From Candidatus Neomicrothrix parvicella RN1 (GTDB lineage: Bacteria; Actinomycetota; Acidimicrobiia; Acidimicrobiales; VFJN01), in contig CAMDIH010000004.1 in the NCBI GenBank assembly GCA_945898515.1, positions 1 to 56,532 of the forward strand: a DNA stretch of 56,532 nt. The letters are read 5' to 3'. Of this stretch, positions 9,294-18,261 are shown one piece after another. Every line of letters starts with the position of its first letter. Position 1 is the first letter of the stretch. Position numbers and translations under genes: made by a program. Under the pieces are notes generated by a model that was given only the letters and a program-made list of their open reading frames with translations, was not told the DNA's origin and ran no database searches.

Positions 9294-10108
9294 GACGGCC
9301 CCGCTATCGGACGCACCATCGCCTCCTGGGCGAAGGAGGCCACCAACTCGCCGGTGGCGCCGAACACATCACCGCGGCCGAAGGCGCGCCCGTGGGCCAC
9401 CAGCGGACTGTGTTGGGCGATCAGCACCCATTCATCCAGCCGGAGGGGCTGATGGAACCACAACGAGTGCGACGTGACCGCCGTGTGCAAACTGACCGTG
9501 GAGGAGGCCTGCGAAAGGCCCTCGAAGGGGCGCAGGGCCGTACCGATGAGGGTGAGATCGCTGGCATGGGCCAGCAGCGCCTGATGCACCGCCGGCTCGG
9601 CGGGCACGTCTGCCGCCCGCATCCACAACTCCAGCGCTGCCGGGCCCACCGCGTCAGTGGCCAAATCCACACCCCCGACGCTACGCACCTCCCAGGGGAT
9701 CATCGGGTACGTGTGCGCCACGGCGTCGTGGGGACCACCCACCTCAGGCGGCCCGTGGCTGTGGTACGGGCCGGCCTCGGCGATATGCATCGAGACCAGC
9801 GCCACCGCGATCACTTTGTCGCCCTGCTGTGCGGTGATTTCCGTGCTGCCGAAGGTGCGGCCATCGTGGGTTTTGACCACTCGGTACTGCATGGGCTGAC
9901 CCGTATCCCCCTCCCGGGGGAAGAGCACCGTGATCGATTTCACCGACTTGTCCGGCGACGCTGCCGCAGCGGCCATGAGCGCCTGCGCCAGGATCTGCCC
10001 TCCGAACACCCGGTGGTACCCGATGTCGAGGTTGGATCCCTCCATCACCCCATCACGAACCGCCCGGAGTTCTAGACAGGCCAGCAGATCGTGGAGACCA
10101 AAGGCCAT
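9290..10108 (-). CDS. tesB: Acyl-CoA thioesterase II (TesB-like)
   Basis: RVFGGQILAQAL, DGRTFG, LAHASD, HSLWFH, ASFAQE. Start moved to ATG 10108 (TGATG overlap). Confidence 0.88.
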   Translation of the reverse strand: MAFGLHDLLACLELRAVRDGVMEGSNLDIGYHRVFGGQILAQALMAAAAASPDKSVKSITVLFPREGDTGQPMQYRVVKTHDGRTFGSTEITAQQGDKVIAVALVSMHIAEAGPYHSHGPPEVGGPHDAVAHTYPMIPWEVRSVGGVDLATDAVGPAALELWMRAADVPAEPAVHQALLAHASDLTLIGTALRPFEGLSQASSTVSLHTAVTSHSLWFHQPLRLDEWVLIAQHSPLVAHGRAFGRGDVFGATGELVASFAQEAMVRPIAGPS

Positions 10109-11547
10109 CAGCGGTCGCTCTCCAGGAGATCCGCCAACACCACACGACGCAGCACCTTGCCGGTGTCGGTGAGGGGAAGGTCGTGACAAAAGACCACCAC
10201 ATCGGGCGTCTTGGACGAGCGCAGCGAAGCCCGGGCCCATTCCTGAAGTTCCTCCGCCGCCGCGATGGCCCCGGGCCGCAAGACCACCGCCGCGCCGATG
10301 CGCTGACCCCACTCATCATCAGGAATCCCCACCACGGCGCACGACCCTACGGCCGGGTGGGTCAGCAGCACATCTTCGATCTCGGCGGGGGCAATGTTCT
10401 CGCCGCCGCGGATGATGGTGTCATCGGCGCGTCCCTCGATAAAGAGGTAGCCCTCAGCATCAACCCATCCGCGGTCCCGGGTGGCGAACCACCCGTCGGC
10501 ATCAAGGGCCACGGCATGGCCGAGGTATTCCCCCGAGACCTGATCACCCCGAACCCAGATCTCGCCATCGCGAACCTCCACCTCGACACCGGGCACCAGT
10601 CGCCCCACCGAGCCGAGTCGCTCACCGCTCCGGTGGTCCTCGGGGCCGAGTACCGCAATAGTGGAACTTGTTTCGGTGAGGCCATAGGCATTCACGAAGT
10701 CGGTGGTGGGGAAGGCCGCCAGCGCCCGGGTGAGCACGGTGATGGGCATCCGAGCACCGCCGTAGGCGATCGACCGCAAGGTAGGGGTGGTGGCGATCTG
10801 GTGGTTGCCCAGCTGCTCAAGTACTCGGGCGAGCATGGTGGGAACCACCATGGCGTGGGTGATGCCTTCCGAACCCACTGTGGCGAGCCAGGCCTCCGGT
10901 GAGAAGGCGGGCAGGTAGACGATCCGTCGGGCGCCGTACACACTCGACACCACGTTGGCCACGCCGGCCACGTGATACGGCGGCACGCTCACCAAGCTGG
11001 CATCCTCCGCCGGGGCGGCGGCGAAATCGACCGACCCGATCACGTAGGCGCTGAGATGGCGGTGACGCAGCACGACCGCCTTGGGTTCAGCGGTCGTGCC
11101 ACTGGTGTAGAGCAACACCGCCACGTCGTCGCCGTCGGTCTCGCTCGGGGCAGCCTCCACCACCGACGCCGTAGCGGTATTCCATTCCTCCACCGAGAGC
11201 ACCGTAAACCCCGCCCGCTCCAGCCCCTCGCCCGCCGGAGCATCGGCGATCACCAAGACGTCGTCGTGCTGCGCCAACAGCGCGCGCTGCGACTCGGCGC
11301 TCTGGCGATAGTTGAGGGGAAGAAACGGCACACCGGCCCAGGCCGCCGAAAACAGGGCCACCGGAAAGGCCAGATCGCTGGCCGCCACATAGGCGAGATG
11401 CTGGGCCCCGTGCCGCCGAATGACCTCGGCTCCGGCCCCGGCCCGGTCGTACAACTGCTGGTAGGTGAGCCCGCGCTCGGCGGTACCGATGCCCCGACGG
11501 TCGGCCATCGCTGCCACAATCATCTCCAGCAGCATCAGCAGTGTCAT
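10108..11547 (-). CDS. Acyl-CoA synthetase (AMP-forming)
   Basis: YTSGTTAEPK, AYGLTETSS, IIRGGENI, TGKV. Start moved to ATG 11547. Confidence 0.92.
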   Translation of the reverse strand: MTLLMLLEMIVAAMADRRGIGTAERGLTYQQLYDRAGAGAEVIRRHGAQHLAYVAASDLAFPVALFSAAWAGVPFLPLNYRQSAESQRALLAQHDDVLVIADAPAGEGLERAGFTVLSVEEWNTATASVVEAAPSETDGDDVAVLLYTSGTTAEPKAVVLRHRHLSAYVIGSVDFAAAPAEDASLVSVPPYHVAGVANVVSSVYGARRIVYLPAFSPEAWLATVGSEGITHAMVVPTMLARVLEQLGNHQIATTPTLRSIAYGGARMPITVLTRALAAFPTTDFVNAYGLTETSSTIAVLGPEDHRSGERLGSVGRLVPGVEVEVRDGEIWVRGDQVSGEYLGHAVALDADGWFATRDRGWVDAEGYLFIEGRADDTIIRGGENIAPAEIEDVLLTHPAVGSCAVVGIPDDEWGQRIGAAVVLRPGAIAAAEELQEWARASLRSSKTPDVVVFCHDLPLTDTGKVLRRVVLADLLESDR

Positions 11548-11551
11548 GCGC

Positions 11552-12766
11552 TCATGCCTCTCGAGTGAGGAGCATGGCACCGGCAATCGGGCCGCCTCCG
11601 TTGGCCACCACCGCCACCTCCACGGTCTTGCCGGGCACCTGCCGGGCCCCCGCCTCGCCACGTAGTTGCAGCACCGCCTCATGGATGAAGCCGAATCCAT
11701 GGAGACGCCCGGCGGAGAGTTGGCCGCCGTGGGTGTTCAACGGCAGTTCGCCCGCTAGGGCAATCCGCTCTCCCCCCTCGATGAACGGCCCGGATTCACC
11801 CTTGCCGCAGAATCCGAGTGCCTCCAACCAGGTCATGGCCAGGAAACTGAAGCCGTCGTACAACTCGGCCACATCCACATCCGCAGGCGTGAGGTCGGTG
11901 CGCGTCCAGAGATGGGCACCGGCGTCACGGGCCGCCATGGTGGTGAGATCGTCGTACTGATCCCACGATGGCCGACCCCGCAGGGCCGAGCCGATGGCAT
12001 CAACGCGGGCCACGGGATGATCCACGTTGGGGGCATGGCCCACCGCCGACACCACCAAGGCGGTAGACCCGTCGACCGGGGCGTCGCAATCGAAGAGATG
12101 GAATGGCGTGGTGATCATTCGGGAGGCGAAGTAGTCGTCCAAGGTCATCGGGTCGCGATACACGGCCTGGGGATTCAGCCCGGCGTTGCGCCGCGCGTTG
12201 ATGGCGATCATGGCCATCTGCTCCGGCGTGGTGCCGAACTCATGGAAGTGACGTTGGGCGTTGAGCGCCAACCAGTTGGCCGCCGAATAGGCCCGGAAGG
12301 GAATGTTCCACTGGAACGACCCCCCCATCTTCGGGGCCTTGCCGCCGCCCCCCATCCCCAGACCACCCATGCCGATGCCTTGCCGCCCCCCCGTACCCTG
12401 TTCACTCGACTCGGTGACCGTGCGGTACACGAGCACATGGCGAGCTAACCCGGCCCCGACGGCCAGCACGGCGTTGTGGACCGCCGCCATCTGCGCGGCC
12501 CCTTCGATGCCCCCGGAGTGCCAGTTCAGCTTGAGCCGCAGGGCCTCTTGCACCTCGGGCGAACCGGGTCCGGCGAACCCGGGCCCGCCCATCCCACCGC
12601 CGGGATAGGTAGCCAACCCGTCCACCTCGGCCAGTGTGATCCCCGCATCGGCCACCGCCGCCAGCGAGGCGTCGATGGTGAGATCCAGGCCTCCTCGCCC
12701 CAGCCGACGCCCCACGGCCGACTGCCCGATGCCCGAGATCACCGCCCGGCGCTCGAACTCGGTCAA
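11552..12766 (-). CDS. Thiolase-superfamily protein, Ltp2/SCP-x-like (probable acyl-CoA aldolase)
   Basis: ISGIGQS, DCDAPVDG, ELYDGFS, GFCGKGE, NTHGGQLS; no nucleophilic Cys seen at the usual thiolase position; coupled to a DUF35 gene. Confidence 0.88.
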   Translation of the reverse strand: MTEFERRAVISGIGQSAVGRRLGRGGLDLTIDASLAAVADAGITLAEVDGLATYPGGGMGGPGFAGPGSPEVQEALRLKLNWHSGGIEGAAQMAAVHNAVLAVGAGLARHVLVYRTVTESSEQGTGGRQGIGMGGLGMGGGGKAPKMGGSFQWNIPFRAYSAANWLALNAQRHFHEFGTTPEQMAMIAINARRNAGLNPQAVYRDPMTLDDYFASRMITTPFHLFDCDAPVDGSTALVVSAVGHAPNVDHPVARVDAIGSALRGRPSWDQYDDLTTMAARDAGAHLWTRTDLTPADVDVAELYDGFSFLAMTWLEALGFCGKGESGPFIEGGERIALAGELPLNTHGGQLSAGRLHGFGFIHEAVLQLRGEAGARQVPGKTVEVAVVANGGGPIAGAMLLTREA

Positions 12767-13179
12767 CCGCTCGCCGCCACGGGGGTAAAGAGCGGAAAGA
12801 ACACATCATCGTGCGCCTCGAAGGTGACCTGCACCGCCATGCCGATACAGACCTGCTCGGGCGGGCAACCAATCACGTTGCTGGTCATCCGCAGGTCGGC
12901 CTGCTCCGGAAAGCCGACGATGGCGATGGCGTAGGGCTCGCGGCCGCCATCCCAGGAGTGATGATTCACCGTCACCGAGTAGACCTCGCCGAGCCCGCTC
13001 ACCGCCTCAGGGGCCACCTCCCGGCTCCCACATTCCGGGCAACGCGGCAGCGGTGGGTGCAGGTAGTAACCGCAGGCCTGACAACGCAGAAAGCGAAGTT
13101 CACCGCGTTCCCCGGCCGTCCAGAAGAAACGATTCTCGTCATCGAGCCGCGGCAGGACCCGAAACGGGAGATCCGCCAA
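12763..13179 (-). CDS. DUF35-type Zn-ribbon/OB-fold protein
   Basis: RCQACG...PRCPECGS Zn ribbon, SGLGEVYSVT, IGMAVQVTF; overlaps the thiolase-fold gene by 4 nt. Confidence 0.92.
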   Translation of the reverse strand: MADLPFRVLPRLDDENRFFWTAGERGELRFLRCQACGYYLHPPLPRCPECGSREVAPEAVSGLGEVYSVTVNHHSWDGGREPYAIAIVGFPEQADLRMTSNVIGCPPEQVCIGMAVQVTFEAHDDVFFPLFTPVAASG

Positions 13180-14463
13180 CTACCTCCCACCCAAGCGTTC
13201 AGCAAGGGTGATCGCCGTGACGATGCCCTCGTCCTGGAACTTGCCCGTGCCGTGACTAATGGCGGTGGTATCCACATCGGCGGCCTGCGCCCGCAACGCC
13301 CCTACGGTGCATTCCTCACGGGGTCGGTGAGCGAAGGGATCAAAGGTGAAGTTGGCCATGGCGTTGAGGTGCGTGATGCGGTTGATGTCCTCGTCGGGCA
13401 GAGCCCCGAGGAACTTCATGGCCATCTCGGGTGAGTTGGGCCAGGTGGAGTCGGAGTGGGGGTAGTCGCACTCCCAGTGAATCTGGTTCGGGTTCAGGTG
13501 ATTCCGCACCTCGATGCCCACGGCGTCGTCGATGAAACAGGTGAGGACGTTTTCGTTGAACACCTGGCTCGGAAGCTTGTCGCCGAAGTCCTGGTTCGTC
13601 CATGCGTGATGGTGCTGGTACACGTAATCAATCCGCTCGAGGAAATACGGCACCCACCCGATGCCGCCCTCGCTCAGCGCCACCTTGAGCCGGGGGAACT
13701 TGCGAAACACCGGCGACCAGACAAGGTCGGCGGCGCACTTCACGATGTTCATCGGCTGCAGCGTGATCATGGTGTCGATGGGGGCGTCCATCGACGTGAT
13801 CACCATTTCCGATGACGACCCGATATGCAGACAGATCACCGTATTGACTTCCTCACACGCCCGAAGGAACGGATCCCAGAAATCGCTGTGCCAACTAGGG
13901 CGGCCGAGCTTCTCCGGGTTCTCGGAGAACGTGACGGCGTGGCAGCCCTTGTCAGCCATCCGCCGCACCTCGGCCGCCATGAGTTCGGCGTCCCAGATCG
14001 GTGGGATCGACAACGGGATCATGCGACCGGGATACGTGCCGCACCACTCCTCGACGTGCCAGTCGTTGTAGGCCTGAAGGAGTTCCAGGCCGATCTCCCG
14101 GTCGGGGCAGGTGTAAAACAACTGCCCGGTGAAACCGGTGAGGCTCGGGAAGTTGAGCGACCCCAACATGCCGTTGGCGTTCATGTCGTCAATGCGCGCG
14201 TGAATGTCCCAGCACCCCTTGCGCATCTCCGAAAAAGCCAGCGGATCCACGCCGTACTCCTCCGGCACCCGACCCGCCACGGCGTTGAGCCCCACGTTCG
14301 GGAGCGCGGCACCCTCAAACATCCACACCTCGCGGCCGTTGTCCATGACCTTGATGAACGGCGCCCGGGCCGCCGCCGCCTTGGACAAGCGCCCCTCGAA
14401 GAGATCCGGCGGTTCCACCACGTGGTCATCGACGCTCACCAGAATCAGATCATCAACGTGCAT
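13180..14463 (-). CDS. Amidohydrolase-2 family protein (~430 aa class)
   Basis: LVSVDDHVVEPP, LHIGS, LSEGGIGW, WECDYPHSDSTWP. Start ATG 14463. Confidence 0.9.
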   Translation of the reverse strand: MHVDDLILVSVDDHVVEPPDLFEGRLSKAAAARAPFIKVMDNGREVWMFEGAALPNVGLNAVAGRVPEEYGVDPLAFSEMRKGCWDIHARIDDMNANGMLGSLNFPSLTGFTGQLFYTCPDREIGLELLQAYNDWHVEEWCGTYPGRMIPLSIPPIWDAELMAAEVRRMADKGCHAVTFSENPEKLGRPSWHSDFWDPFLRACEEVNTVICLHIGSSSEMVITSMDAPIDTMITLQPMNIVKCAADLVWSPVFRKFPRLKVALSEGGIGWVPYFLERIDYVYQHHHAWTNQDFGDKLPSQVFNENVLTCFIDDAVGIEVRNHLNPNQIHWECDYPHSDSTWPNSPEMAMKFLGALPDEDINRITHLNAMANFTFDPFAHRPREECTVGALRAQAADVDTTAISHGTGKFQDEGIVTAITLAERLGGR

Positions 14464-14489
14464 GCGGTTTCCCCCCGGAGATTCCAATA

Positions 14490-14503
14490 TGACAGCGCTG
14501 TTA
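14490..14503. promoter_or_regulatory. Candidate operator site 2 (TGACA-GCGC-TGTTA), next to a minus-strand -10 TAATCT
   Basis: Between the amidohydrolase and the double-TetR gene; followed by GATTAGCC, whose reverse complement gives GGCTAATCT. Confidence 0.7.
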
Positions 14504-14610
14504 GATTAGCCTTTCCGATCGACCGCGCAACACGCACTACAGACGGGAGGGGACGTGCCGGCGAAACCCATCCCCGTGCTGCAAACAACGCCGAATCACG
14601 ACCACCAACC

Positions 14611-15924
14611 ATGGCCCCGCCCAGAGATCTGAGCAGCGTTTTGCCCCTAGCCGCGGAAGTCCGACGGCGGCCACCGTTCGGAAGCAACCCCGTGGTCGGC
14701 GAGCGCGGCAGCGACACCCAACGCCGCATCTTCGCCGCCGCCATTGAGGTATTCGGAGAGTTGGGTTTCAGCGGGGCCCGGGTTGAACTCATCACGGCGC
14801 GGGCCGGTTGCTCCCGCCCCGCCTTCTACCAGTATTTTTCCAGTAAGGACGACGTGTTCTGGGCCCTCGCCGGCCAACTCGGCCAGGAGATCGTGCACCT
14901 CGCAACCGCTCTCCCGAGGATCACACCCGACGCCGCCGGACTGGCCCACCTCACCGAATGGACCGGCGAGTTCATGGACCTGCACGAAGCGTGGGCCCCG
15001 GTATTCGCCTCGTTCCAGGCCGCCAGCCGAGGGCATGCCCCCCAAGCCCAGCGCTCGGGCGCCGTGAGTGATCAAACCGGCCTGGCGCTGTTGCGGGCCT
15101 TCGGAGTGCCCGCTGATCCCCGCCAAAGCACCCTCGTGACCGGCTTGGTAGCCGTGCTCATCCGCTGCAGTTTTTTCGCCGAGCAAACCCCCAGCGGCAT
15201 GAGCCGCCAACCCCTCGTGGCCGGGGTGGCCACCTTGCTGCACCGCATCTTCGCCGGGCCCATCGCCGGGGTGAACCTGCTGCCCACCCCACCCAGGCGG
15301 CCGGGCCGAACCACCTCGGCCCCCGCTCCGTCCCCCGCTACCCCGCCGGTGGAGCGCCCCCTGGCGCGCCGAGGCACCCGCACCCGCCAACGCCTGCTGG
15401 ACGCCGGGGCGCAGGTGCTACCCGCTCGGGGTTACCACGATGCCCGCGTCGACGATGTGGTGGCGGCCGCGGGCGTGAGCCACGGCACCTTCTACCGCTA
15501 CTTCACCAACAAAGACGACTTCTTCCAGGCTCTCGCCGAAACCACCTCCGGCCACATGATCGATCACCTCGACCGGCTGCACCTCGACCCGACGGGGAAC
15601 ATAGAGGACCTCCGGGGGTGGCTAGTGGAGTGGTTCGTCATCTACGAGCGCGACGGCGGGATCATCAGCACCTGGCAAGAAATGCAGACCAACGAGCGCT
15701 TGGCCGTCTTCTCGCGAGAGGTAGCCACCTCCGTGTACACCCGCCTCGTGCGCCTCCTGTCGCAACGCCCCTTCGGTGATCCCGCCGTGGATGCGGTGAT
15801 GTTGCTGGCCCTGATCGAACGAGTGCCCTACAGCGTGTACACGCTGCACTTCACCACCCCCGCACCGGCTATCGAGGCGATGATCACCGCTATCGGTCGC
15901 GGCTTGTTAGTCCAACCCGAGTAA
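14611..15924 (+). CDS. Tandem double-TetR transcriptional regulator
   Basis: Two TetR HTH domains (TQRRIFAAAIEVF...AGCSRPAFYQYFSSKDD and TRQRLLDAGAQVL...AGVSHGTFYRYFTNKDD) joined by a Pro-rich linker. Start uncertain (14611 or slightly downstream); the ORF-track extension to 13825 is antisense to the amidohydrolase. Confidence 0.88.
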   Translation: MAPPRDLSSVLPLAAEVRRRPPFGSNPVVGERGSDTQRRIFAAAIEVFGELGFSGARVELITARAGCSRPAFYQYFSSKDDVFWALAGQLGQEIVHLATALPRITPDAAGLAHLTEWTGEFMDLHEAWAPVFASFQAASRGHAPQAQRSGAVSDQTGLALLRAFGVPADPRQSTLVTGLVAVLIRCSFFAEQTPSGMSRQPLVAGVATLLHRIFAGPIAGVNLLPTPPRRPGRTTSAPAPSPATPPVERPLARRGTRTRQRLLDAGAQVLPARGYHDARVDDVVAAAGVSHGTFYRYFTNKDDFFQALAETTSGHMIDHLDRLHLDPTGNIEDLRGWLVEWFVIYERDGGIISTWQEMQTNERLAVFSREVATSVYTRLVRLLSQRPFGDPAVDAVMLLALIERVPYSVYTLHFTTPAPAIEAMITAIGRGLLVQPE

Positions 15925-15934
15925 GCAAACCCCT

Positions 15935-17050
15935 ATGGACTTCGAATTCACCACCGACCAACTCGAACTGCGAGCCAATGCCCGGGCCGTGCTGGAAGCG
16001 GCGTGCCCGGCGACGGTGGTACGGGCGGTGTACGAGGGCACCGGGGACGGCACCGCCCTCTGGGGCCAATTGGTGCAGCTCGACTGGCCTGGCCTGGCCA
16101 TCCCGGAGGAACACGGCGGGATGGGCTTGGGCATGGTGGAACTGGCCATCGTGGTGGAGGAACTCGGCCGGGCGGTGGCCCCCACACCGTTGCTCGCCAC
16201 ACTCACCCAGTTCGTCCCGCTGCTGCGGGAGGCGGGATCTACCCGACTCCTCCAGGAGATCGCCGCCGGCACCGTCACCGGCACGCTGGCGTTGGCCGAA
16301 GATGGGGTGTGGCACCGCCCCCGCATGCACACCACGGCCCGACGCGATGGCCGCGACTGGGTGCTCAACGGCGTGAAATCGCACGTGCTCGACGGCACCA
16401 CCGCCGATTGGCTGGCCGTGGTGGCGCAAGGAAACGACGGAGTCGGGGCCTTTGTGGTGCCCGCCGCCGCCGTGGTGGCCACCCCCATCGAGGTGATGGA
16501 CCCCACCTTGCCTATCGCCACGGTGCTGCTCAACGATCTGACGGTGGGGGGCGAGGACGTCCTGCTCGAACCCGGCGACCCCGCCGCCGCGCAGGCCATC
16601 GAGCGAGCCCTGCAAACCTCGGTCACCGCCATGGCCTGCTCCACGGTTGCCTCCTGTCGCCGCCTCTTCGAGATCACCCTTGACTACGCCAAGCAACGGG
16701 AACAGTTCGGTCGTCCCATCGGCTCCTTCCAGGCCCTCAAACACCGCCTGGCCGACCTCTACCTGGCCGTCGAACGAGCCGCCTCGCTGGCCTGGTTCGC
16801 CGCCCTCACCATCGCCGAGGACGACGACCGTCGAGCCATCGCAGTGGCCATGGCCAAAGCCGCCGCCGGGGAGTGTCAGCGACTGGTGGTGCGCGACGCG
16901 CTCCAGTTGCATGGAGGCATCGGCTTCACGTGGGAGCACGACCTGCACTTCCTGCTCAAGCGGGCGAAAGTCGGCGACGGGCTCCTCGGCACCGCCGCCT
17001 GTCACCGCGCCCACCTGGCGGAGTTCCTCGGCTTGGCGGCACCCGCGTGA
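15935..17050 (+). CDS. Acyl-CoA dehydrogenase, partner subunit
   Basis: MDFEFTTDQ, REQFGRPIGSFQALKHR, QLHGGIGFTWEHDLH. Confidence 0.92.
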   Translation: MDFEFTTDQLELRANARAVLEAACPATVVRAVYEGTGDGTALWGQLVQLDWPGLAIPEEHGGMGLGMVELAIVVEELGRAVAPTPLLATLTQFVPLLREAGSTRLLQEIAAGTVTGTLALAEDGVWHRPRMHTTARRDGRDWVLNGVKSHVLDGTTADWLAVVAQGNDGVGAFVVPAAAVVATPIEVMDPTLPIATVLLNDLTVGGEDVLLEPGDPAAAQAIERALQTSVTAMACSTVASCRRLFEITLDYAKQREQFGRPIGSFQALKHRLADLYLAVERAASLAWFAALTIAEDDDRRAIAVAMAKAAAGECQRLVVRDALQLHGGIGFTWEHDLHFLLKRAKVGDGLLGTAACHRAHLAEFLGLAAPA

Positions 17051-18255
17051 AGTTGCGCTTCGACGATGACGTAGAGGCATTCCGGGCTGAACTGTTGGCG
17101 TGGCTGGCCATCAACCGGCCCAGCGCCGCCGAGATGGCCGCCGAGCCGTCGGTGTCCACCGGCCATGCCCCGGCGTGGGCCCGCCGCTGGACCCGCACCA
17201 TGTTCGATGCGGGCTGGCTGGTGCCGGGCTGGCCCCCCGAGCGCGGCGGGCGCAACGCCGGGCCGATCGAATCGCTCGTGTACATCGAAGAACTCGCCAA
17301 GGCGCGCGTGCCACGCACCACCAACGTGCAGGGCCTCGGTATCGTGGCTCCCTCCATCATCGACTACGGAACCGACGCGCAGATTCGCCACTACGCCATG
17401 CCGATCCTGCGGGGCGAAGCCACCGCCTGTTTGGGCATGAGCGAACCCAACGCCGGGAGCGACCTAGCCGCGCTCACCACTCGTGCGGTGCTCGAGGGGG
17501 ACCAGTGGGTGATCAACGGCCAGAAGGTGTGGACGTCAGGCGCCAACTACGCCGACTTCTGCTTTCTGTTCTGCCGCACCGATCCCCACGCCCCGAAGCA
17601 CCAGGGCATCTCGATCATCATCGTGCCGATGGATACGCCCGGGGTCACCGTCCGACCCCTCCCCGAGATCATCCACCCCGACCAGCCCGATCTGAACGAG
17701 GTGTTCCTCACCGATGTGACCGTGCCCGCTCACCACCTAGTGGGCGAGCTCAACAACGGCTGGGCCATGGCCAATGGTTCCCTGGCCCATGAACGGGCCA
17801 TGGTGTGGGTGAATGCGGTGATGGGCCTGGAGGAGTCGCTGGCCACCCTCCTGGTGGAAGCACCCGCCCTGTTGGATCGACTCACCCCCATCGAACGCAC
17901 CCTGGCGGTGGACCAGATCGTGCAGGTAGCCATCGACACCCAAGCGGCTCGTTGCCTGGGCTACCGCGGTTTCGCCAAGTTTGCCCGCGGGGCTGGCGCC
18001 CCCGAACAGGCCCTCATGAAGCTCTACGCCAGTGAGGCCCGCCAGCGGGTGGCCCTCGTCGCCGCCGAAATCCAGGGTGCCGATGCCGTCGTGGCCGGGG
18101 GCGTAGCCAACGATGGGCACCACGCCGTGGATGAACCCCAGGGCACCTGGCTGGAGCAGTACTTCCATTCCTTCGCCAACACCATTTCGGCCGGCGCCTC
18201 GGAGATCCAACGCAACATCATCGCTGAGCGCATCCTCGGCCTCCCTCGGAAGTAG
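17047..18255 (+). CDS. Acyl-CoA dehydrogenase, catalytic-type subunit
   Basis: MSEPNAGSDLA, NGQKVWTS, LAHER, TISAGASEIQRNIIAERILGLP. GTG 17047 overlaps the upstream TGA. Confidence 0.92.
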   Translation: MKLRFDDDVEAFRAELLAWLAINRPSAAEMAAEPSVSTGHAPAWARRWTRTMFDAGWLVPGWPPERGGRNAGPIESLVYIEELAKARVPRTTNVQGLGIVAPSIIDYGTDAQIRHYAMPILRGEATACLGMSEPNAGSDLAALTTRAVLEGDQWVINGQKVWTSGANYADFCFLFCRTDPHAPKHQGISIIIVPMDTPGVTVRPLPEIIHPDQPDLNEVFLTDVTVPAHHLVGELNNGWAMANGSLAHERAMVWVNAVMGLEESLATLLVEAPALLDRLTPIERTLAVDQIVQVAIDTQAARCLGYRGFAKFARGAGAPEQALMKLYASEARQRVALVAAEIQGADAVVAGGVANDGHHAVDEPQGTWLEQYFHSFANTISAGASEIQRNIIAERILGLPRK

Positions 18256-18261
18256 GCCACG

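Noticed and set aside
13825-14610. 699-aa ORF suggesting a long N-terminal extension on the TetR
   Set aside because: The extension is antisense to the amidohydrolase and crosses the promoter spacer; an open-frame artefact of high GC.
14555-14632. Short GTG-initiated ORF after GGGAGG upstream of the TetR
   Set aside because: Out of frame with the TetR and without other support; cannot be told apart from chance.
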